A program made the position numbers and the translations under genes. From positions 46,210 through 70,209 of the forward strand of contig NZ_JBBDQW010000038.1 in NCBI RefSeq assembly GCF_040905785.1: a DNA stretch of 24,000 nucleotides, given 5' to 3'. The notes under the pieces are model-generated. The model was not told the origin of the DNA, searched no databases, and was given only the letters and a program-made list of their open reading frames with translations. Every line of letters starts with the position of its first letter. Position 1 is the stretch's first letter. Shown in pieces: positions 8,073-16,701 of this stretch. This DNA comes from Tistlia sp. Its GTDB lineage: Bacteria; Pseudomonadota; Alphaproteobacteria; Kiloniellales; DSM-21159.

Positions 8073-8776
8073 GGCTTGTCTCCCGCGACGCGGTCCAGCA
8101 GCAGGCCCGCCGCCTCCTGCTCGGCGATCCGCTTCGAGCGCCCTTCGCCCTGGGCCGGCGCCAGCCCCTCGACCTCGACCGCCACGGTGAAGCGCGGCTC
8201 GTGGTCCGGCCCCGAGCGGGCGACCCCCAGGTAGCGCGGCAGCGGCAGTCCCCGGCCCTGGGCCCATTCCTGAAGCCGGGTCTTGTTGTCCTGCGGCGGC
8301 TCGGTCGCGGCCGCGATCAGCGGATCGGCTAGCGGCAGCAGGGCGCGGCGCACCGCCTCCAGCCCGCCGTCGAGGTAGAGCGCGCCGAGGACCGCCTCGC
8401 AGACGTCGGACAGGATCGCAGGGTTCTTCTGCCCGCCGGCCTCGGCCTCGCCGGGCGATACCTTGATCAGCGGCCCGAGCTCGAGCGAGCGGGCGATGTT
8501 GGCCAGAGTGTCGCTGCAGACCAGCATCGCGAGGCGCTTGGCCAGCGGACCCTCGGCCTCCTCCGGGAAGTGCACCAGCAGGCGCTCGGCGATCAGCAGG
8601 CCGAGGACGCGGTCGCCAAGGAACTCGAGGCGCTCGTACGAGCGCCCGCCGGCGCGGCTGGAATGGGTCAGGGCCTCGATCAGCAACTCGGGATCGGCGA
8701 AGCTGTGGCCCAGGCGCTCGGCCAGGGCCGCCAACGGCGGCGGCAGGCGGCGCGGGGCGCTGCTAGTCGATCCCAT
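8069..8776 (-). CDS. rnc: Ribonuclease III
   Basis: Trimmed to the ATG at 8776 (MGSTSSAPRRLPPPLAALAERLGHSFADPELLIEALTHSS...). The RNase III signature is YERLEFLGDRVLGLLIAERL, and a C-terminal dsRBD is present (NKTRLQEWAQGRGLPLPRY...GEGRSKRIAEQEAA). The start overlaps the lepB 3' end by 14 nt. Confidence 0.92.
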   Translation of the reverse strand: MGSTSSAPRRLPPPLAALAERLGHSFADPELLIEALTHSSRAGGRSYERLEFLGDRVLGLLIAERLLVHFPEEAEGPLAKRLAMLVCSDTLANIARSLELGPLIKVSPGEAEAGGQKNPAILSDVCEAVLGALYLDGGLEAVRRALLPLADPLIAAATEPPQDNKTRLQEWAQGRGLPLPRYLGVARSGPDHEPRFTVAVEVEGLAPAQGEGRSKRIAEQEAAGLLLDRVAGDKP

Positions 8777-9509
8777 TGAACAGGCGACCCCAGCGCACCG
8801 CCGTCGGCCACTTCCAGACTTCCCAGAAGCGGGCGCTGCCATCGACCGAGAAGAACAGCATGTCTGCGCGGCCGATCAGGTTCTCCTTCGGAATGAAGCC
8901 GACCTGGCGGGTCCGGCTGTCCTGGCTGTTGTCGCGGTTGTCGCCCATGGCGAAGTAATGCTCGTCCGGCACCGTGAAGACCGGCGTGTTGTCGTAGATC
9001 TCGCGGTCGCTGCGTTCCCAGATCGTGTGGCGCACGCCGTTCGGCAGCACTTCCTCGTAGGCGGTCACGGTCTGGGCGAAGCCCGAGGCGCTGGTCCGCA
9101 GGTTCGGCTCGAGCAGCGCGCGCTCGACCAGCTCGCCGTTCAGGTAGAGCCGGCCCTCGCGGACCTGGACCGTGTCGCCCGGCAGCCCGACGATGCGCTT
9201 GATGTAGTCGGTGGTGCCGTCGCTCGGCAGCACGAAGACCGCGACGTCGCCACGCTCGACCGGCTGGTCCGAGGACAGCACGCGGCCCTTGAAGGGCGGC
9301 CAGCCCCAGGGCAGCGAGTGATGGCTGTAGCCGTAGGAGAACTTCGAGACGAATAGGTAGTCGCCGATCTTCAGGGTCGGCAGCATCGATCCGGAGGGGA
9401 TCGAGAAGGGCTCGTAGGCGAAGGTGCGCAGCACCAGCGCGATCAACACGGCGTAGACCACCGTCCTGACCGTCTCGCCGAAGGAGCCCCCGCTCTTCTC
9501 TTCGTTCAT
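8763..9509 (-). CDS. lepB: Signal peptidase I
   Basis: 248 aa. An N-terminal TM segment (VRTVVYAVLIALVLRTF) is followed by the catalytic Ser box IPSGSMLPTL. Further S26 boxes are present: GDVAVF, YIKRIVGLPGD, and the GDNRDNSQDSR box. ATG at 9509. Confidence 0.93.
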   Translation of the reverse strand: MNEEKSGGSFGETVRTVVYAVLIALVLRTFAYEPFSIPSGSMLPTLKIGDYLFVSKFSYGYSHHSLPWGWPPFKGRVLSSDQPVERGDVAVFVLPSDGTTDYIKRIVGLPGDTVQVREGRLYLNGELVERALLEPNLRTSASGFAQTVTAYEEVLPNGVRHTIWERSDREIYDNTPVFTVPDEHYFAMGDNRDNSQDSRTRQVGFIPKENLIGRADMLFFSVDGSARFWEVWKWPTAVRWGRLFNGID

Positions 9510-9594
9510 CGCCTCGTTTCCACAACCGGCCGCACAGGCGACCCCGCCCCCGCCGGCTCGGGCCGGGTAGCCGCATCGCGCCGGGGATATAGCG

Positions 9595-10005
9595 TCATTG
9601 CGCCTGGGAAGGAACCGCAGAGATCAGGACCACCGCCTGTGCCAGCGGATAATCGTCGGTGATCGACAGGTGGATGCAGGCCGTCATGCCCGGCGGCGTG
9701 ATCTCGGCCAGGCGCCGCGCCGCGCCGCCGGTCAGCGCGAAGCCCGGACGCCCGGAGGGCAGGTTGACGACGCCGAGGTGCAGCCAGTGCACCCCCGCCT
9801 TCGGCACGCCACTCCCGAGCGCCTTGGCGCAGGCCTCCTTGGCGGCGAAGCGGCGTGCATAGCTGGCGGCCCGCTGGGCCCGGCGCTCGCAGGTCGCGCG
9901 CTCGACTTCGGTGAAGACGCGCGCGGTGAAGCGGTCGCCGAAGCGCGCAAGGCTCTCCTCGATGCGCCGGATGTCGCAGAGATCGTTGCCGAGACCAAGG
10001 ATCAT
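9595..10005 (-). CDS. acpS: Holo-[acyl-carrier-protein] synthase
   Basis: Track ORF 9595..10212 is trimmed to the ATG at 10005 ([35 protein letters not shown]....[12 protein letters not shown]...). This is the typical ~135-aa AcpS. The ATG makes an ATGA overlap with the pdxJ stop (10002-10004). Confidence 0.9.
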   Translation of the reverse strand: MILGLGNDLCDIRRIEESLARFGDRFTARVFTEVERATCERRAQRAASYARRFAAKEACAKALGSGVPKAGVHWLHLGVVNLPSGRPGFALTGGAARRLAEITPPGMTACIHLSITDDYPLAQAVVLISAVPSQAQ

Positions 10006-10814
10006 CGCCGGGTCAGGTCCCCGCCGCCCCCGGCCGCCTGGGGCGCGGCCCGCGCCGCCTCCATGACCGCCCGCATCCGGCGGATCGTCGGCTCGAGGCC
10101 GCCGAAGATCGCCTCGCCGATCAGGAAGTGGCCGATATTGAGCTCGACCAGGGTCGCGATGGCGGCGATAGGCGGCACCGTCTCGAAGGTCAGGCCGTGA
10201 CCGGCGTGGCACTCCAGGCCCAGCGCCTCGGCCTCGGCCGCGGCAACCCGCAGCCGCTCCAGCTCGCGCTCGGCCGCCCGGGTTCCGGCCTGCTCCAGCC
10301 AGGCCTCGCAGTAGGCGCCCGTGTGCAGCTCGACGACCGGCGCACCGAGCCGCGCGGCCGCTTCGAGCTGGTCGGGCGCGGGATCGATGAACAGCGAGAC
10401 CCGGATGCCGGCGGCCGACAGCTCGGCGACGAAGGGCTCAAGCAGAAGACGGCCTCCGGCCGCGTCGAGGCCGCCCTCCGTGGTGACCTCGCTGCGCTTC
10501 TCCGGCACCAGGCAGACAGCATGGGGCCGGTGGCGCAGGGCGATCGCCAGCATCTCCGCCGTCGCCGCCATCTCCAGGTTGAGCGGCAGCTCGATCTCCC
10601 CGACCAGGCGCTCGATGTCGCGGTCGGTCATGTGCCGGCGGTCCTCGCGCAGGTGCGCTGTGATGCCGTCGGCGCCCGCCGAGGCCGCCAGGCGGGCGGC
10701 GCGCAGTGGGTCGGGATGACCCCCGCCGCGCGCGTTGCGGATCGTCGCCACGTGGTCGATGTTGACGCCGAGGCGAAGGTCGCGCGCGGGGCCCCGGGCG
10801 AGCGGCGGCGTCAC
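10002..10814 (-). CDS. pdxJ: Pyridoxine 5'-phosphate synthase
   Basis: [69 protein letters not shown] and ECHAGHGL are all conserved PdxJ blocks. The start is the GTG at 10814-10812, forming a GTGA overlap with the stop of the upstream DUF2062 gene. Confidence 0.92.
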   Translation of the reverse strand: MTPPLARGPARDLRLGVNIDHVATIRNARGGGHPDPLRAARLAASAGADGITAHLREDRRHMTDRDIERLVGEIELPLNLEMAATAEMLAIALRHRPHAVCLVPEKRSEVTTEGGLDAAGGRLLLEPFVAELSAAGIRVSLFIDPAPDQLEAAARLGAPVVELHTGAYCEAWLEQAGTRAAERELERLRVAAAEAEALGLECHAGHGLTFETVPPIAAIATLVELNIGHFLIGEAIFGGLEPTIRRMRAVMEAARAAPQAAGGGGDLTRR

Positions 10815-11404
10815 TTTCCGCTCTCCCTCGGGGCGACCGGATCCGCGCCCGGCGAGGATCTCGCAAGACGCCGGGCGCGCTTGGCGAGGCGGCGCCGGCG
10901 GGCCGCCTGATAGCCCGCGACGAGGCGGCGGACGGGAAAGTAGACGAGGAACCAGACGACCAGTGCGGTCGGAATGCCACCGACCAGCATCGGCAGGAAG
11001 ACGCTCCAGAAATTGTCGAAGATATGGGTGATCGACAGGCCGGCCGGCAGGGTCTCCCGGCCGCGGGTGTGACCCAGGATCCAGCGGCCGAAGCTGTAGG
11101 TCCAGGCCCAGATGAAGGGGAAGGTCCAGGGATTGCCGACCGCGGTGCCGATCGCCGAGGCCAGCAGGTTGCCGCGCAGCAGCAGTGCAGCCAGCGCGCC
11201 CCCCACGAAGTGGAAGCCGACCAGCGGCGTGAAGGAGATCGCAGCACCCGAGGCGAAGCCGGCGGCGACGCGGTGCGGCGTGCCTGGCAGGCGGGCCAGA
11301 CGATGAGCCACGTAGCGGGCGGTGCGCCGGAAGCCGGCGCTCGGCCAGACCAGACCGGCCAGACGCCTGTACCGCGGAAGAGGGTTGGCCCGTCTGAACA
11401 GCAT
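10811..11404 (-). CDS. DUF2062-family membrane protein (function unknown)
   Basis: 197 aa. It contains [57 protein letters not shown], the pattern I recognise as DUF2062. It has 3-4 hydrophobic segments and a basic C-terminal tail. The ATG at 11404 lies 14 nt after the spoT stop. Confidence 0.7.
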   Translation of the reverse strand: MLFRRANPLPRYRRLAGLVWPSAGFRRTARYVAHRLARLPGTPHRVAAGFASGAAISFTPLVGFHFVGGALAALLLRGNLLASAIGTAVGNPWTFPFIWAWTYSFGRWILGHTRGRETLPAGLSITHIFDNFWSVFLPMLVGGIPTALVVWFLVYFPVRRLVAGYQAARRRRLAKRARRLARSSPGADPVAPRESGK

Positions 11405-11418
11405 CCTCTGGGATTCTG

Positions 11419-13578
11419 CTAGCTCCTGGCCCGCTCGACCGACGAGATGGTCGGCGTCGCGCGCAGGGCGGCGATCACGTGGGTCAGATGCTTGACGTCC
11501 CCGACCTCCAGATCGATCAGCATCTCGAAGAAATCGAGCGAGCGGTTGGTGATCTTGAGGTTCGAGATGTTGGCCTCGTGCTTGCCGATCACCGTGGTCA
11601 GCGCGCCCAAGCTGCCGGGCTCGTTCGAGACCACGAGGTGCAGGCGGCCGAGGAAGGGCTCGTCGCCGGCGTCGGCGGACCAGGAGAGATCCACCCAGCG
11701 CTCCGGCTGGTCATGGAACTGCGCCAGCGTATCGCAGTCGATAGTGTGGACGGTGACGCCCTTGCCGGTGGTGACGATGCCGACGACCCGGTCGCCGGGC
11801 AGCGGATGACAGCAGGCGGCGAAGTGGACGGCCATGCCCGGGATCAGCCCCTTGAGCGGCAGCGCGCCGTCCTTGCGCTTGCTGCGGCGCGCCCGGGCCA
11901 AGGGCACGATCTTGCCCGGCTTGGTTTCCTTGGCCGCGGGATAGACCGCGACGAGAACCTCGCGGGCGCTCAGGTTGCCCTGGCCGACGGCGACCTGGAG
12001 ATCCTGGACGCTGTCCTGCTTGAGCTTCTTGAGGATGCCGCTCAAGCCCTTCTCGGTCAGCTCGTAGCCCTCGACGCGGAACTGCCGGTCCAGCATCTCC
12101 TTGCCGAGCGCGGCGAACTGGTCGCGCTGCTCCTGGCGGACGTAGCGTCGGATCGCCGCCTTGGCCTTGCCGGACTGGACGAAGTTCTCCCAGTCGGGCG
12201 AGGGATGCTGGGCCTTTGAGGTGACGATCTCGACCTGGTCGCCGTTCTGCAGCGAAGTGCGCAGCGGCATCATGCGGCCGTTGACGCGGGCCCCGACGCA
12301 GCTGTGCCCGACCTCCGAGTGGACCGCATAGGCGAAGTCCACCGGCGTCGCGCCGCGCGGCAGCGCGATCAGATCGCCCTTCGGCGTGAAGCAGAACACC
12401 TGGTCCTGGTACATCTCGAGCTTCGTGTGCTCGAGGAACTCCTCGGGGTTCGAGGCATGCTCCAGGATGTCGAGCAGTTCGCGGATCCAGCGGAACTTGC
12501 GGCCCTCGACCTGGTAGACCGCCTCGCCCGAGCCGTCCTGCTTGTACTTCCAGTGCGCGGCCACACCGTACTCGGCGTACTCGTGCATCTCGGACGTTCG
12601 GATCTGAGCCTCGATGCGCTGCTGCTCCGGACCGATCAGGCCGGTGTGCAGGGAGCGGTAGCCGTTCGGCTTGGGCGTCGAGAGGTAGTCCTTGAAGCGC
12701 CCCGGCACCGTCGGATAGCGGCTGTGCAGGCAACCGAGCGCGCGGTAGCAGTCGCCGACGTCCTTGACCACCACCCGGAAGGCCATGATGTCGGCGAGCT
12801 GCTCGAAGCCGACGTTGCGCTTCTGCATCTTGCGCCAGATCGAATAGGAGGTCTTGACCCGCCCCGAGACCCAGGCCTCGATCTCCTCGCCCATGAGATC
12901 GCGGTTGAGCCGATCCATGATGCGCTCGGTCAGGTGGCCGCCGCGCTCCTGCAGGAACTGCATACGCTGCAGGATCGAGTTGCGCGCCTCGCCGCTGAGC
13001 TCGGCGAAGGCCAGGTCCTCGAGCTCGTCCTTGAAGCGCTGCAGGCCGAGGCGCTCGGCGAGCGGCGCGTAGATGTCCATGGTCTCGCGGGCGATGCGCC
13101 GGCGCCGCTCGTCCGACTTGATGAAGTGCAGCGTGCGCATGTTGTGCAGGCGGTCGGCGAGCTTGACCAGCAGCACGCGGATGTCCTCGGACATCGCCAG
13201 CACCAGCTTGCGGAAATTCTCCGCCGCCTTGGTGTGCTCCGACTGCAGCTCGATCCGATTGAGCTTGGTCACGCCATCGACCAGCCGGGCGATCTCCGGC
13301 CCGAACAGCCGTTCGATCTCGGCGAGCGTGCCCCTGGTGTCCTCGACGACGTCGTGCAGCAACGCCGTGCAGATCGAGGCGCTGTCGAGCTTCAGCTCGG
13401 TCAGGATGCCGGCGACCTCGACCGGATGCGAGAAGTAGGGATCGCCGTTGTCGCGGGTCTGGCTGCCGTGTGCCTTGAGCGCGTACACGTAGGCGCGGTT
13501 CAGACGGTCCTCGTCGGCCACGGGATCGTAGGCGCGAACCCGCTCGACAAGCTCGTACTGGCGCATTACGGCCGGCAA
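11419..13578 (-). CDS. spoT: Bifunctional (p)ppGpp synthetase/hydrolase (RelA/SpoT homologue, Rsh)
   Basis: - HD hydrolase domain: [31 protein letters not shown].
- Synthetase block: [17 protein letters not shown]...MAFRVVV...GYRSLHT.
- A TGS region ([31 protein letters not shown]) and a C-terminal ACT-like domain.
- Start: the TTG at 13578 has GGAAGGGG 6 nt upstream. The ATG at 13566 ([10 protein letters not shown]...) is the alternative and matches the common alphaproteobacterial N-terminus. Confidence 0.93.
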   Translation of the reverse strand: MPAVMRQYELVERVRAYDPVADEDRLNRAYVYALKAHGSQTRDNGDPYFSHPVEVAGILTELKLDSASICTALLHDVVEDTRGTLAEIERLFGPEIARLVDGVTKLNRIELQSEHTKAAENFRKLVLAMSEDIRVLLVKLADRLHNMRTLHFIKSDERRRRIARETMDIYAPLAERLGLQRFKDELEDLAFAELSGEARNSILQRMQFLQERGGHLTERIMDRLNRDLMGEEIEAWVSGRVKTSYSIWRKMQKRNVGFEQLADIMAFRVVVKDVGDCYRALGCLHSRYPTVPGRFKDYLSTPKPNGYRSLHTGLIGPEQQRIEAQIRTSEMHEYAEYGVAAHWKYKQDGSGEAVYQVEGRKFRWIRELLDILEHASNPEEFLEHTKLEMYQDQVFCFTPKGDLIALPRGATPVDFAYAVHSEVGHSCVGARVNGRMMPLRTSLQNGDQVEIVTSKAQHPSPDWENFVQSGKAKAAIRRYVRQEQRDQFAALGKEMLDRQFRVEGYELTEKGLSGILKKLKQDSVQDLQVAVGQGNLSAREVLVAVYPAAKETKPGKIVPLARARRSKRKDGALPLKGLIPGMAVHFAACCHPLPGDRVVGIVTTGKGVTVHTIDCDTLAQFHDQPERWVDLSWSADAGDEPFLGRLHLVVSNEPGSLGALTTVIGKHEANISNLKITNRSLDFFEMLIDLEVGDVKHLTHVIAALRATPTISSVERARS

Positions 13579-13678
13579 GAACGACCCCTTCCCGCGTGAG
13601 AGTTACCGGAAGGAGTTACTATAGGCACTGAAGGAGGTCTGCGCCACGGCCCGCCCGGCGGAAAAGCGCCGGTGCGGC

Positions 13679-13700
13679 AAAAGGGCGGCGGCCGCCGCCC
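13679..13700 (-). terminator. Candidate intrinsic terminator downstream of rpoZ
   Basis: The 18-nt perfect GC palindrome gggcggcggccgccgccc (13683-13700) is followed on the minus strand by TTTTG (plus-strand aaaa at 13679-13682). It lies 41 nt after the rpoZ stop. A second short hairpin plus TTTTC follows on the minus strand (about 13660-13678). Confidence 0.5.
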
Positions 13701-13740
13701 GAGGGCATGGCGCCCCGGGTCGAGGCTTCGGTTCAGGCGC

Positions 13741-14085
13741 TCAAGCTTCCTCGTCGCCGGCCTCCTCGGCCTCGCGCTTCGAGGAGTCGCTGCCAGGCAT
13801 GGTCAGCTCGGCGGAGAGGTCGAGCTCGGTGAGCTCCTCCTCCTCCGGCTCGTCGATCTCGACCTGCTTCTGCAGGCCGGAGACCAGCGAGGCCTGCAGG
13901 TGATCGACGTCGACGGTCGATTCGGCGATCTCGCGCAGCGCGACGACGGGGTTCTTGTCGCGATCGCGGTCGATGGTGAGCGAGGCGCCCGCCGAAATCT
14001 CGCGCGCCCGCTGTGCGGCGCTCATCACCAGCTCGAAGCGGTTCGGAACCTTGATGACGCAATCTTCGACGGTAACGCGGGCCAT
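13741..14085 (-). CDS. rpoZ: DNA-directed RNA polymerase subunit omega
   Basis: [30 protein letters not shown]... is the canonical RpoZ N-terminus, followed by an acidic C-terminal tail. AGGTGA lies 4 nt upstream of the ATG at 14085. Confidence 0.93.
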   Translation of the reverse strand: MARVTVEDCVIKVPNRFELVMSAAQRAREISAGASLTIDRDRDKNPVVALREIAESTVDVDHLQASLVSGLQKQVEIDEPEEEELTELDLSAELTMPGSDSSKREAEEAGDEEA

Positions 14086-14143
14086 GGCTCACCTGCTGAT
14101 GATCAAACACTGAAAGCCGGCGCGAAGGCGGCCGGCTCGGCTT

Positions 14144-14172
14144 CTTATAGGGCCTCGGCCGCCCGGGATCAA
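14144..14172 (-). promoter_or_regulatory. Candidate sigma-70-type promoter for rpoZ
   Basis: The minus strand reads TTGATC (14172-14167), a 17-nt spacer, then TATAAG (14149-14144). It lies in the 109-nt gap between the folK stop and the rpoZ start. A 7-bp hairpin, agccggc...gccggct (14115-14137), would sit at the very 5' end of the predicted transcript. Confidence 0.4.
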
Positions 14173-14194
14173 GGACGGCGAGGCACAGGTAGGG

Positions 14195-14716
14195 TCACGA
14201 AGGCCTTGGGGGCGCCCGCTCCAGCGGCTCGGCCCGCTGCTCCGGCGGCAGGCCGGCGACGAGTGCGGCCACGTCGGCTCCGCTGGCCGGGTGACGCCAG
14301 CCCGGCGCCAGATCCTGCAGCGGCAGCAGCACGAAGGCGCGCTCCTGCAGGCGCGGATGCGGCAGCACCGGCCAGGCGCCGGTGGGCGAGAGGGCGCCGT
14401 TCCAGTCGAGCAGGTCGAGGTCGAGCACCCGCGGCGCGTTGGGCAGCGAGCGGACCCGCCCGAAGTCCTCCTCGATCCCGTGCAGGAGGCTCAGCAGCTC
14501 GCCGGGCGGCAGCGCGCTCTCGACCTCGGCGACGCCGTTGACGAACCAGGGCTGGTCCGAGGCCGGCACCGGCGCCGAGCGGTACCAGCGCGAACGCCGA
14601 CGCACCGCGACGCCCCGCGCGGCCAGCGCCTCGAGCGCCGCCTCCAGCACGGCCCGGGGCTCGCCGAGCGTCGGGTGGGGCAGATTCGCGCCGAGCGCAA
14701 CGTAGATCGAGGTCAC
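14195..14716 (-). CDS. folK: 2-amino-4-hydroxy-6-hydroxymethyldihydropteridine pyrophosphokinase (HPPK)
   Basis: IYVALGANLPHP...PRAVLEAALEAL...SRWYRSAPVP...QPWFVNGVAEVE...LLHGIEEDFGRVR...NAPRVLDLDLL...LPHPRLQERAFVLLPL are HPPK blocks. I place the start at the GTG at 14716 (VTSIYVALGANL, with AAGGG 6 nt upstream). The track start at 14791 would add 25 atypical residues. Confidence 0.85.
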   Translation of the reverse strand: MTSIYVALGANLPHPTLGEPRAVLEAALEALAARGVAVRRRSRWYRSAPVPASDQPWFVNGVAEVESALPPGELLSLLHGIEEDFGRVRSLPNAPRVLDLDLLDWNGALSPTGAWPVLPHPRLQERAFVLLPLQDLAPGWRHPASGADVAALVAGLPPEQRAEPLERAPPRPS

Positions 14717-14870
14717 CGGCCGGCCCTTCGCACAACCTTGCAGAATCCGAACGTTGGTGCCAGTTCTAGGCCCATCGAGAGACCCCGTCATTATCCCTTG
14801 CCGATCTCACCCCCCTTCCGCATTGCCACGAAGCCGCCTGACGTCGGCAGCCGGCAAGAAAGGTGACACG

Positions 14871-15506
14871 ATGAATTTCTATCCCGAGGAGCGCATTGCG
14901 CTGTTCATCGACGGCGCGAATCTTTACGCGACCTCCCGGACGCTCGGTTTCGACATCGACTATCGCCGCCTCTACGACCTTTTTGCCAAGGAGTGCCGGC
15001 TGGTCCGCGCGTTTTACTATACCGCGCTGATCGAGGACCAGGAGTACTCGCCGATCCGGCCGCTGATCGACTGGCTGGACTACAACGGCTACTCGATGGT
15101 CACCAAGCCGGCGAAGGAGTACGCCGACAGCCAGGGGCGCCGCCGGATCAAGGGCGACATGGACATCGAGCTGGCGGTCGACATGCTGCAGATGGCGGAC
15201 CGGCTGGACCACGCGGTGCTGTTCAGCGGCGACGGTGACTTCCGCCGCCTTGTCGAGGCGGTCCAGCAGAAGGGCGTGCGCGTCACGGTGGTCTCCTCGA
15301 TCCGCGCCCAGCCCCCGCTGATCGCCGACGACCTGCGCCGCCAGGCCGACAATTTCATCGACCTGGTCGAGCTGCAGGATCGCATCCAGCGCCGCCTGCC
15401 GCCCGACCACCCGCGCGCCGTGCAGCGCCAGCAGGGCACCGCGGCGGGCAACCAGGCCGGCCGTCAGGAGGCCGACGAGGAAGAGTACGCCAACGAGGAA
15501 GGCTGA
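14871..15506 (+). CDS. NYN-domain (LabA/DUF88-like, PIN-related) protein of unknown function
   Basis: Track ORF 14754..15506 is trimmed to the ATG at 14871, which has GAAAGGTGA upstream. The LabA-like NYN pattern is present: RIALFIDGANLY, IKGDMDIELAVDML, AVLFSGDGDFRRLVEAVQQKGVRVTVVSS. The C-terminal ~45 aa are low-complexity and end acidic (EADEEEYANEEG). Confidence 0.75.
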   Translation: MNFYPEERIALFIDGANLYATSRTLGFDIDYRRLYDLFAKECRLVRAFYYTALIEDQEYSPIRPLIDWLDYNGYSMVTKPAKEYADSQGRRRIKGDMDIELAVDMLQMADRLDHAVLFSGDGDFRRLVEAVQQKGVRVTVVSSIRAQPPLIADDLRRQADNFIDLVELQDRIQRRLPPDHPRAVQRQQGTAAGNQAGRQEADEEEYANEEG

Positions 15507-15509
15507 ACC

Positions 15510-16178
15510 GTGGCTGAGCTCGCGGCAGCCGGCGCAGAAGGGGACGGAGTCGGCCGGCCGCCGAGCGACTGCCCGCTCTGTCCGCGGCTCGCCGCCTTCC
15601 GGGGTGCCAACCGGATCGCCTACCCCGCCTTCCACAACGCGCCGGTGCCCGCCTTCGGGCCGCTCGAGGCGCCGCTGCTGATCGTCGGCCTGGCACCCGG
15701 CCTGAAGGGCGCCAACCGCACCGCACGGCCCTTTACCGGCGACTATGCCGGCGACCTGCTCTATCCGACCCTGCTGCGCTTCGGCCTCGCCGAGGGCGAC
15801 TACGGCGCCGACCCCGCCGACGGCCTGCGGATGACGCGCGCGCGCATCACCAACGCCGTGCGCTGCGTACCGCCGCAGAACAAGCCGACGCCCGAGGAAG
15901 AGCGCATCTGCCGCCCCTTCCTGGTCGAGGAGATCGCGGCCATGCCGAACCTGCGGGCGATCCTGGCGCTCGGCTCGCTCGCCCACGGCAGCACCCTGGC
16001 CGCGCTCGGCCTCCGGAAGTCGCACTGCCGCTTCGGCCACGGCGCCCGCCACGCGCTGCCGGACGGACTGCTGCTCGCCGACAGCTACCACTGCTCGCGC
16101 TACAACACGAACACCCGGCGGCTGACGACGGCGATGTTCGAGAGCGTCTTCGAGGCCCTGCTACCGACGCTCGGCTGA
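15510..16178 (+). CDS. Uracil-DNA glycosylase superfamily protein, Fe-S cluster type (family 4/5, UdgB-like)
   Basis: The GTG at 15510 lies 3 nt after the NYN gene stop. Four Cys are arranged as in family 4/5 UDGs (DCPLCPRL ... NAVRCVPPQNKPTPEEERIC). Motif A is GLAPGLKGANRTARPFTGD, which resembles the family 5 GLAPA..NRTGR.FTGD rather than the family 4 GE(A/G)PG. The C-terminal motif is HCSRYNTNT. Confidence 0.8.
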   Translation: MAELAAAGAEGDGVGRPPSDCPLCPRLAAFRGANRIAYPAFHNAPVPAFGPLEAPLLIVGLAPGLKGANRTARPFTGDYAGDLLYPTLLRFGLAEGDYGADPADGLRMTRARITNAVRCVPPQNKPTPEEERICRPFLVEEIAAMPNLRAILALGSLAHGSTLAALGLRKSHCRFGHGARHALPDGLLLADSYHCSRYNTNTRRLTTAMFESVFEALLPTLG

Positions 16179-16180
16179 GC

Positions 16181-16639
16181 TCAGCCCTTCTCGCGCATCA
16201 GCCGGGCCTTCTGGCGCTGCCAATCCCGCTGCTTGGCCGATTCCCGCTTGTCGGCCTTCTGCTTGCCCTTGGCGAGGCCGAGGTCGAGCTTGGCGATGCC
16301 GCGCTCGTTGAAGTAGATCGACAGCGGGATCAGGGTGTAGCCCTCGCGCTTGACCTGGCCGAGCAGGCGGTTGCGCTCGCGCTTGTGGAGCAGCAGCTTG
16401 CGCGCCCGCTTGGGGTCGTGGCCGAAGCGGTTGGCCGGGGCGTACTCGGTGATGTGGGCGTTGATCAGCCAGAGCTCGCCGCCCGAGGCGCCGGCGTAGG
16501 CCTCGTTGATCGAGGCCTTGCCGCTGCGCAGCGACTTGACCTCGGAGCCCATCAGCATCAAGCCGGCCTCGACGTGCTCCTCGATGAAGTAGTCGTGGGT
16601 CGCCTTGCGGTTCTGGGCGACCGTCTTGCGCGGAGGCAT
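16181..16639 (-). CDS. smpB: SsrA-binding protein
   Basis: 152 aa with canonical SmpB blocks: [29 protein letters not shown]...INAHITEY...[14 protein letters not shown]...[31 protein letters not shown] at 16639. Confidence 0.94.
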   Translation of the reverse strand: MPPRKTVAQNRKATHDYFIEEHVEAGLMLMGSEVKSLRSGKASINEAYAGASGGELWLINAHITEYAPANRFGHDPKRARKLLLHKRERNRLLGQVKREGYTLIPLSIYFNERGIAKLDLGLAKGKQKADKRESAKQRDWQRQKARLMREKG

Positions 16640-16666
16640 GGCACTCTTCGTTCCGGCGCCTGGCGC

Positions 16667-16701
16667 CTAGCCTGGATTTCTCATACTGGAAGGGGTCGTC
16701 A
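16667..16701. repeat. Left terminal inverted repeat of the 273-bp element
   Basis: A 35/35 match to the reverse complement of 16905-16939. The match stops at both the inner and outer boundaries (16666 vs 16940, and 16702 vs 16904, do not pair). Confidence 0.95.

Noticed and set aside
11447-13599. ORFs 11479..12219, 11711..12733, 12304..13599 and smaller ones overlapping spoT
   Set aside because: The spoT frame is unambiguous (HD, synthetase, TGS and ACT blocks along its whole length). The others are alternative-frame or antisense artefacts.
14766-16091. 441-aa minus-strand ORF antisense to the NYN and glycosylase genes
   Set aside because: Antisense shadow ORF with no motifs and biased R/A/G/V composition. 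Both sense genes have strong domain signatures and sensible starts.
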